Source: Octopus sinensis
Taxonomy: Eukaryota
Assembly: GCF_006345805.1 (NCBI RefSeq)
Contig: NC_043002.1
Location: 50,406,001-50,470,000, forward strand
Reading direction: 5' to 3'
Length of the DNA: 64,000 nt
Each line of letters opens with the position of its first letter. The first letter of the stretch is position 1. This document shows positions 54,250 through 64,000 of the stretch, in pieces. The notes under the pieces were generated by a model that was given only the letters and a program-made list of their open reading frames with translations, had not been told where the DNA came from and did no database searches. The position numbers and the translations under genes are program-made.

Positions 54250-56569
54250 GCTGTTGTTGTTCATCATCATCGTCGTTGTCGTCGTCATCATCATCATCAT
54301 CATCATCATCATCGTCGTCGTCGTCGTCGTCGTTGTCTTGTATGTCTGTGAACTTGTCAACGCTCGATCCGATAACTTTATGATATTTCAGTCACAGTCA
54401 AAGAATATATTTTTTAAACTTTCATCTGTAATAATACAAACTAAGATGTTCTGAATTTATAAAACTTTTTTTCTTTTTGTTTTTGCATTGAAATATACGA
54501 GGGAAGTCTGTTGTTTTTGTGGTTTTTGTATTTCACTCTAGGAATAATAAAAAAAAACTGGGTATATAACAACAACAACAACAACTAAAAACAACCCAGA
54601 AAAGTGAATTAGTTGAACGAATTTAACTACTAAACTGTAACAGAGTAAAACCTTCTGTTGGCATTATTTCATATAACTTTCCTGTTATCGTTTTATCATT
54701 TTCCTTTTATTGTGTAATTACAAATAAAAATAATGGCCTCCTGTATTCCAGGAAACCACCCCAAGAAAAATAACAATGAACAGAATAAGTCGAATCATAA
54801 ACAAAAGAAAAAGTGGTAAAAGACAAAAAAAAAAAAAAATTAAATAAAAACGTTAAGAAAACTGACATTCTAATTGCAGGGAAGGAAATTAAAAGCATCA
54901 TTCTATTGGGAAGCAGTAACATTGTGAACATGACTGATAACCTCGACAACAACAACAAAAACAACAACAGCAACAACAACAAAAACAAAAACAACAAAAA
55001 TAACAACAACAACAACAACAAGAACGGCAGCAACAACAATAACAACAACAACAACAACAACAGCAGCAGCAAGAACAACATCTGTAAGCTCACATCTACA
55101 CATTGTCGAACGAAAGTGCATCAAGTGTAGTCTCGTCTCAAGCTTTGCCTGCGTGCTTTCCAATGATTTAAAACATTTAAAAAGAATGACTGTATGGCAA
55201 CATCAAACTACAAAAACCAGTGCTTCTTTGCCCGAAGATATTCCCAAGCACGATGGAGGAAAAATACCTAATTTATGCTTTGCCAAAGGCATAGAAGATT
55301 TTTCCCTGTTACTCTGAAGGGAAATCGGAGCTAACCCTCACCGATACGTTAAGATCTATACAGGAAGAGGAAGAATATATGCTATGATAAGCATTTCTTT
55401 TTAAAATTGCGGATGCGGTGAGAGCACAAGTTCTGACGGCACGAGAACACCTGCTCATAAACTAGTCCCACAATAAATATTTAACTGCCATAATAGTGCA
55501 TAAAATAAATGAACATCTAAAAATTGCAACATATTTTCAATAGAATAGAAGATATAGTGTTAAGTCCCATATGGTTATAAATTACTAATCAACGAAGCCA
55601 TAAACACAAATTGTAGGAAGAGAAGACTTTGAGATAGCCTTGTTATTAACAGAGCCCATCTCCACCTTTCACCACAAGTCGATAGGATTGAATTGCTGCT
55701 CAGGGACTTTATCCGGTCTTGTACTGGAGGAGGATTCTGTTTGTCCTTAATACCGCTGTATATATTTTCGGAACTGTGACCAGTAATGGTCTGAAAACAT
55801 TAGCAGCAGCTGTAGCCATGGCATTTTATTTTTGGAGCCTGCTCTTGTCAACCATAATTTTTCTTTAGATTTTCCTCTGATTTTCTTTCTTTTCTATATA
55901 GAAGACCCTCAAATGGGTTTCACTACCACACGAATAATATTTGAGCCCTCTACCTAACCTCAGCACCACTAGTCTAATTGATCTGTCCGCTCCCCTCAAT
56001 GTGATGTAAATCTCCAAGATAAACCTGGATCATCAAGAATCATCAGACTCAACTGTGGCTTGGATGTCAAACACAACTATTTCAGGCCACCTCCGCAGGT
56101 GCCACTTGTTGGATCTGTACCAAAATAGTAACGATAAACCAAAGATTAACGTCTTTACTAATAATCTCTTTCTCGTGTATTGCGAAACCAGAGTGTGGAT
56201 ATGCGTATAGCGTACAGGTTATGACTGCCTTCTCCGGTTTCAACACTATGCACAATGTATTGAAGGCGAATACATTTCACTACATATGGCCAAAATCCTC
56301 TTCAACTCGTCGTTGGAAGGCATATGGTAAATGTCCCCATTGTTTGAAAAATAAAAATTAATAAGCAATGATATTTTGTCTTCCTATCGTCCTTCTCTGA
56401 GTATATTTTTCGAGAAAAGCGACGCTGTTTTCCTGACATACCTTGTCTCTACTTTCTCATTGCCTTATAACTGGCTCATGTTGCAGCGCTTTCTGTGATC
56501 TGCAACGCTCGCAAAACTAGTTGCTTTTATTGATGCTGGCACTGTTTTCGTTGCTATACGTACTGTTTA

Positions 56570-57091
56570 CCGTAAATCCTCGAGTATAATCCGCATTTTT
56601 TCCCTAAAATTTAAAGGTCAAAATCCCAAGTGCGTACTATATACGAGGTTAAAAATGAAAAATATTTTCCAAGCAATGTCCGAGTCTCTATTTGCTGTTT
56701 GGCAATGTTTATTCAGACGCATTTTGTGATGACGGACGCGAAAATACCTTAAGCTAAGCCTGAAAGCAATGAAGTCATAAAAGAATCATTCATAACTTGC
56801 AGTAAGCAACATTTATTAAAATAAAAGTATTCAGAACACAGAATAAAATGTAACAAAAACAATTTGCAAACATATTTACATTCCCATATAACCGCTAAGA
56901 ACATCACCATTATTGTATTACGTATGCGCGGAAGTGTTTGTTCGACTAGGTGCTGCTGACTCAATTACGCACGACTCAAGTTAGAGAAGGGGTGCGTATT
57001 ATACACAAGGTTCAGGTTTTTCAGAGGTCCAGCCCCCTAAAAATCCCCTGCATATTATACTCAAGGGTGGACTATACTCGAAGATTTACGG
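56570..57091. mobile_element. Non-autonomous Tc2/pogo-type element, 522 bp
   Basis: TA|ccgtaaatcctcgagtataatcc ... ggactatactcgaagatttacgg|TA; subterminal tgcgta.tata.acga/aagg repeats. Confidence 0.85.
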
Positions 57092-57319
57092 TATATTATA
57101 TTCTTTATGATTAAAGTAATTTCAAACACTTATTTTTTTATACGATTTCCATTGCCTAAATGCGAATTCTACCTGTTTAATTCTCACATAGTCATTTTTT
57201 ACATGTATTTTCGTATTTTGACTACATTTGGGGATGCATTTTGTTTACATTATTGAAGTCATCGCTACCATCACTGAAGCGGAAACTCTCCTGATACATC
57301 TGAGGTCACCCTGAAACAC

Positions 57320-57540
57320 GTGGAGGCGCGTTTCTTAATGATTAGGTTGTTGGACTCATGATTGTGGTTTCGATTTCTGGACCGAACGACGCATTGTGTT
57401 CTTGAGCAGAACTCTTCATTTCACATTGCTCCAGTGCACTTATCTGGCAAAAATGTGTTATCCTGCGATGGACTGGCGTCCCATCCAGGTAGGGAACTTA
57501 TACGTCCTGAAAACCGGGAAACCGACCCCTATGACTCGAG
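57320..57540 (+). mobile_element. SINE family B
   Basis: Homologous to 14016-14230. Confidence 0.75.
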
Positions 57541-57649
57541 AAGGTAACTTTATCGTTTACCCTTTTATTCTGAAACACATATAACATTTCAAAAAGCTAT
57601 TTTACAAAACATACGACTAACCAACAATGTGACAACCCTCTTTTAATCT

Positions 57650-57847
57650 TTTATTCTTTTACTTGTTTCAGTCATTTGACTGAGGCCATGCTGGAGCACC
57701 GCCTTTAGTCGAGCAAATCGAACCCAGGACCTATTCTTTGTAAGCTTAGTACTTATTCGCTTTTGCCAAACCGCTAAGTTACGGGGTCGTAAACACACTA
57801 GTTGTCAAGCGATGTTAGGGGGACAAACATAGACACCCAAACATACA

Positions 57848-57887
<40 letters not shown>

Positions 57888-58052
57888 TATATACGACGGG
57901 CTTCTTTCAGTTTGTGTCTACCAAATCCACTCACAAAGCTTTGGTCGGCCCGAGGCTATAGTAGAAGACACTTGCCCAAGGTGCAACGCAGTGGGACTGA
58001 AACTGGAACGATGTGGTTCATAAGCAAGCTACTTACCAGACAGTCACTTCTA
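57650..58052 (-). mobile_element. SINE family A
   Basis: Homologous to 20828-21223. Confidence 0.85.
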
Positions 58053-58394
58053 CACCTATATTTCCTTCGCCTACGATTCTATTTTTTGTTGTTGTTGCCA
58101 CCATACATTAATAGGGCTAGATCTTTAAATATTTCGGATCCTTTTATTGATAACTGAAAAAAGAATACCCCAATCGTGGCTGTGTGGTTGAGAAGCTGGA
58201 TTTGCAAACGCGTAGTTTTCGAGTTCAGTCTCACTGCGCAGAACCTTCTCCTATAGCGCTGGATAGATCAATACTTTGTGAGAGAATTTGTTAAAGGGAA
58301 GCTATTTGGAAGCCCGACGAGTATATGTGTGTGTGTGTATGCGCCTTTGTGGATGTGTTTGTCTCCTACCTTCATTTGTCAAGCGGTTGGTTGA

Positions 58395-58790
58395 GTCATT
58401 TGGCTGCGGCCATTCTGGAGCATCACCTTGAAGGGTTTTAGTCAAACAAATCGACCCCAGGACTTATTTTTTTTAAAGCCTACTACAATTTAATCGAACC
58501 TTTGTGCAGAACTGCTAATGTTACGGAGACGTAAACACACCAACAGCGGTTTTGAAGAGGTGATGGAGAGACAAACACAGATAGAAAGACACATACGCAA
58601 ACACACATACACACTCGCACATATATATTTATATACGACAGGCTTCTTTCAGTTTCCGTCTACCAAATCTATTCACCAGGCTTTGGTTGACCCGAGGCTA
58701 CAGTAGAAGACACTTGCCCAAGTACCATGCAGTGGGACTAGACTCGGGACTATTTGGTTGGGAAGCAAGCTTCTTACCGCACAGCTACAT
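58395..58790 (-). mobile_element. SINE family A
   Basis: Homologous to 20828-21223. Confidence 0.75.
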
Positions 58791-59129
58791 GTGTGTGTGT
58801 GCGTACGCGTGTGTGTGTGTGTGTGTGTGTACCTGTGTGTGTGTGTGTGTACATGTGTGTGTGTAAATAAATATAAAAGAAATCTATGACAAAATGCAAT
58901 CCTGGATGTAGTGTCAGAATATGTATGTATGTACATATATAAGGTGTGATGGGCACGACTGAGACGTTTTTGATTATAAGTTTCAAGAATTAAGTCGGTC
59001 CTGGGGCCAAACGACAACTGCAACTGTTTCTCTTTATACTGCGTCTCCCGATACACTCATTCTTTTCCTTTCTCTTCACTCTGTCCACCCCTTCATACAC
59101 CTCATCGTCCCCACCTCCTCCATCTGCTG

Positions 59130-59890
<761 letters not shown>

Positions 59891-60059
59891 CATAATAATG
59901 GTCATGATCCTCCCCTCCACCCTCTCTCATCGCTTCCCCTTCCCCTTCCGCATCCCCCGCTCCTCCTCGTGCCCCGTCACCACCACCACCATCCACATCG
60001 CTAACATCATCGGCAACGCGGCCATCAAATTCTCGTCGTCAACGTTATTCTATCGCATT

Positions 60060-60228
60060 TATTCTATTGCCTATGCCGAACCGCTAAATTTAGGGGACAG
60101 TTGTCAAGTGGTGCTGAGATAAACGCATACATGCACACTCACAAACATCGACATATACATGCATTCATACATATGTGACTCTCTTCGTCTCTCCTTCTCT
60201 CACCCTCTTTCTCTCTCTGCACACACAT

Positions 60229-60265
<37 letters not shown>

Positions 60266-60435
60266 CATATATATATATAGATATATATGGCTGGTTTCCG
60301 CACAGTTTCCGTCTACCAAATTCACTCACAAATCTTTGATCGGCTCAGGGCTATAGTAGAAGACGCTTGCCCAAGGCATCATGCTGTGGGACTGAACCCG
60401 AAACAGCATGGTTAGAAAGTGAATTTCTTGAGTAT
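60060..60435 (-). mobile_element. SINE family A, degenerate
   Basis: gccgaaccgctaa...gtttccgtctaccaaa...gggactgaacccg. Confidence 0.7.
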
Positions 60436-60544
60436 ATAGACATGTCTGATCTAGTTTAGGGCTAAATTTGACGGACTACAGCATGCATTCGGGTGTCTAA
60501 AGGGACACAACGGTCATTATGACAGCGTTCGCCGGCTTGAATTC

Positions 60545-60942
60545 ATCCAATGAAAATAAAAACCTTAGACTTAATTCAGATATGTGAAGCTGTTGGAGAC
60601 TGTGTTCAATCCCTAGGATGAGAGGAGCTTGCTGCTGGAAGGCCTTGTATGACAACAGGATTTGATTCCGTGTCATACCCTTGGACAAACGGAAGTGGTT
60701 GTTAGAGAATTTCAAATTTCTGGCTTTTTAATTCACCCTATTGTAATCCCATGGGTAACTGTATGTGAGCCGCGGTACAGAAAGAAACCAACCGCTCTGT
60801 CTATAATACCAAGGCGGAACTGGTACCCATGATCAAGATGGTGTTTGAAGATCTCCCCAGGCACACAGTGAGGAGCGCATACGCCAAGTTCTGGAAGCGT
60901 CATGAGACCTTGGAGGAAGCTAAGGGTGGCTACTCTGAATAA
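60545..60942 (+). pseudogene. maT/DD37D-like mariner transposase C-terminal remnant
   Basis: LRLNS..VKLLETV..AAGRP..QQDLIPCHT..W.FNSPYCNPM...ETNRSVYNTKAELVPMIKMVFEDLPRHTVRSA...EAKGGYSE*, with frameshifts. Confidence 0.75.
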
Positions 60943-61007
60943 ACTACTATTTCCCAGCCATAACCTAGATGACATTTCTTGATTTAAAAAAAAAAACTTT
61001 TATAGGT

Positions 61008-61345
61008 GCAGGAGTGGCTGCGTAAGTAGTTTGCTTACCAGCCACATGCTTCCGGGTTCAGTCCCACTGCGTGGCACCTTGGACAAGTATATTCTGCTAT
61101 AGCCTCGTGCCGACCAAAGCCTTGTGAGTGGATTTGGTAGACGGAAACTGAAAGAAGCTCTTCGTGTATGTATGTATATATATGTTGGTGTGCTTACGTC
61201 CCCGTAATTTGGCGGTTCGGCAGAAGAGACCGATAGAATAAATACTAGGCTTACATAAGAATAAGTCCTGGGGTCGATTTGCTTGACTAAAGGCGGTGCT
61301 CCAGCATGGTCGCAGTTAAATGACTGAAACAAATAAAAGAATACA
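61008..61345 (+). mobile_element. SINE family A
   Basis: caggagtggctg...gggttcagtcccactgcgtggcaccttgg...gctccagcatgg...gactgaaacaa. Confidence 0.85.
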
Positions 61346-62149
61346 AAATAAAACAATTATTTTTGGATGGGATACTGTGTTTTTTTTTTACCTTTTATGC
61401 AAACTGTCTAACACCTAGTAGAACTGTCAAATACCTAGCAGAATGAAGTTGAGGTATCTTGCTATGCTTATTTTGTAGGTTGAAGAAACATAAGCCTGCA
61501 TGGTGTTTTATTTACATATTTAACGAATGTTTTATTTACATATTTAAACATATTTTACATATTTTCGGAGATGATTTGCGAAGTATTTCGGTACTAGTAT
61601 TTTGTTGAACTTTGTTCATTGCCTGCAGTTAACCACTTACTCCATATCATTTCTAGCCACATGTAAACAGATTTTTCCTTGCATATCTTAGAGGAGAAAG
61701 AAGTGGAGACATAATGTTTTTCAGAACTCACGAGAAAGAAATGCACACAAGGGAACAAGTTTATTCTCAGACCGGAAACTTGGATCAACTGTTTGCCATC
61801 CATGGGCAAAGTAATAGTGTTAATCAAAGCAACGGATTAATTCTATCTCATGAGAGGAGGTTTTAGCCAAACTCTTGATCAATGCGTCGAGTATTAGGAT
61901 CGAACCTGAAACCATTTAGCTGCGAATTGATCTTCGTAACTACTTATCCCTTTCTTTCTTTGCCCGTGTACATATCTAATACCATTTTGCTTCCTCGTCA
62001 TTTATAGAATTCAGTACAGGCACTTTGCGTTATAGAAACTCGGTTTACTAAATTTAATGTTATTTTTTATGTCTGATGCGTGAGAAGACCCTAGCCGTAC
62101 CGAAGAATCTTTGAGTTTTGCTTCGTCTAGATCGGAGAGAATATCTGAC

Positions 62150-63095
62150 AATAAAGACAAGATTAGGTCAAGTGCTCAAGCTTCCACGACTATTCGGACA
62201 TTGTTTATTCATAGGTCTGATATGATGCTTAATATATCAAAGCCCCTTAGGGTGTAGATCGAGGAACGTAGTGTGCCAATAAGCACGATTGTCACAGAAC
62301 CGAAAGTTAGAAGCTGCAATAGATATTTGCAAAAAGTGAATACAACTTTCGATGTAAAACTGTTTTTGGTTAGTAAAGGTAGGCTTGCAGTGTCTAAGAG
62401 ACACTTTAATTTTCTTAACATTAAAATTCCCAGATAAACTCCCTATTCAGATACAGAAACTGCAACCAATTATCTTGAGGAATTGAAGAAAATTATTGCT
62501 GAAGCAGGTTAAAAACTAGAACAAGTGTACAATGCTAATGAAACAAATCTTTTCTGGAAGAAAAGTTCTCTTGGCCAGAACTTTTATGTTTAAAGATAAA
62601 AGTATTCAACAGCAGATTTTAAAGCGTCAACATTTCTACGATTCTTGTGAGATGGAATTCTGCCAGTTATATGTGCATCACTCCGATAATCTAAGTGGGG
62701 TTCAAAGGTTAAGTTAAAATGTGTCCCTGATTTGGCGTTCAAATAAGAGGTTTGGCTATCTCCCGGACTTCTCTAATTTTGGTTTACAAACAGAGTTTAC
62801 TCTGTTTTAGAAAGATCCCGTTCCAGGCCTATTATTTCCCACAAAACATTGTTCCTTTAAGAAAACATAACAAACCATTCATCGATCTTTAGTAATATTT
62901 CTGATAATGGAAGAATGGATACATTCCCCAAGAACAGGTGTTTTTTTCGCTCCAGCCACTGGATTAAAGTAGGATTTCCCAACATCAAGGCATATCTGAG
63001 AAGTGAGAAAAAGAGTAAGATAAAATTTTTGTTTAAGGATGACTGGAAAAAGTTTAACGTTATAAGTGTCGTGGATAACATCCCGGTGCATCCAT
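62150..63095 (+). pseudogene. Tigger/pogo transposase remnant, interrupted at about 62810-63050
   Basis: PLRV*IEERSVPISTIV...FLVSKGRL...SDTETATNYLEELKKIIAEAG*KLEQVYNANETNLFWKK...HSDN...IWRSNK...VVDNIPVHP: CENP-B-like and DDE_1 motifs. Confidence 0.8.
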
Positions 63096-63145
63096 CCATC
63101 CATCCATCCATCTATCCATCCATACATACATACATACATAAATAC

Positions 63146-63490
63146 GGAAGGCGCATAGCTCAGTAGTTAGTGCGTCGGGCTACCAATAACAAGATAGTGA
63201 GTTCGATTCTCGAACCTGGCTGTGTGTTGTGTTCTTAAGCAAGACACTTTATTTCATGTTGCTCCAGTTCACCCAGCTGTAAAAATGAGTTGAGACGTCA
63301 CTAGTGCCGAGGTGTACCGGCTTTTGCCTTTCCCTTGGATAACTTCAGTGACATGGAAAGGGGAACCTGGTTTGCATGGCTGACTGCTGGTCTTTCATAA
63401 ACAACCTTGCTCAGACTTGTGCCTCGGAGTGTAACTTTCTTGGCGCAATCCCATGGTCATTCAGGACCGAAGAGGGTCATTACCCTTTTA
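63146..63490 (+). mobile_element. SINE family B head with a fourth tail type
   Basis: ggaaggcgcatagctcagtagttag...gagttcgattc...gtgttcttaagcaagacactttatttca, then a tail unrelated to the other copies. Confidence 0.75.
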
Positions 63491-63518
63491 CATACATACA
63501 TATACATACATACATACA

Positions 63519-63549
<31 letters not shown>

Positions 63550-63555
63550 TTACGC

Positions 63556-63674
63556 GTGTGTATGTTTGCGTTTGGGTTGTGTTTGTCCCCACTACCGCTT
63601 CAGACTCGGTGTTGGTTTGTTTACGTACGCATAACTTAGTGGTTCAGCTAAAGAGGCCGATAAAATAAGTAACA

Positions 63675-63746
<72 letters not shown>

Positions 63747-63830
63747 AAGTTTGATGTCGATTTCTTCGACTAAACCCTTCAAGGTGGCGCTCCAGCATGG
63801 TTGTGATCCAATGACTGAAACAAGTATATG
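63556..63830 (+). mobile_element. 3' half of SINE family A, interrupted by (GA)n
   Basis: tttgtccccactaccgctt...gatAaaataagta...(GA)n...gctccagcatgg. Confidence 0.65.
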
Positions 63831-64000
63831 AAAACAGATTAAAGATATGCTGCTACTGCTGCTACCACTGCTGCTGCGACCACTGCTGCTGTTGTTTCTT
63901 TTTAAAACGACAGTTAGTAATATCCATCTAGATTGGAAAGAAATGAGAACGAGCAAAAAATAGGAGTGGGGAGAAGACAGTCATTTGTTATGAAGAAATC

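Noticed and set aside
55620-56150. Possible degenerate L1/Tx1 endonuclease region
   Set aside because: Only vague similarity by eye; no diagnostic motif recovered.

Overview
AT-rich, microsatellite-saturated eukaryotic DNA. The SINE families and simple-repeat load look like an octopod cephalopod (Octopus); this is recognition from memory, not a database result. I can support no host protein-coding gene: nearly all ORFs in the track are microsatellite read-throughs or transposon remnants. Recognisable content: three tRNA-headed SINE families in many copies; a near-full-length Tc1 element (12111-13721); remnants of mariner, maT-like, Tigger/pogo, Tc2-like and hAT transposons; a short Helitron; fragments of Penelope-like elements (PLE: GIY-YIG endonuclease, RT), RLE-type (R4/Dong-like), RTE and CR1-like LINEs; and a 100-N gap flanked by a duplicated ~1 kb. 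The most notable signal is a set of type I hammerhead-ribozyme (HHR) motifs tied to PLE-like sequence and fold-back inversions. The best case is a non-coding, hairpin-rich ~497-nt unit at 37436-38777, arranged as a partial tandem plus a ~610-bp inverted repeat inside a (TA)n tract. It carries an HHR with an unusually long stem II, and the palindrome turns within ~5 nt of the predicted self-cleavage site, which suggests a retrozyme-like or PLE-mobilised RNA. All folds were paired by eye, and activity is untested.
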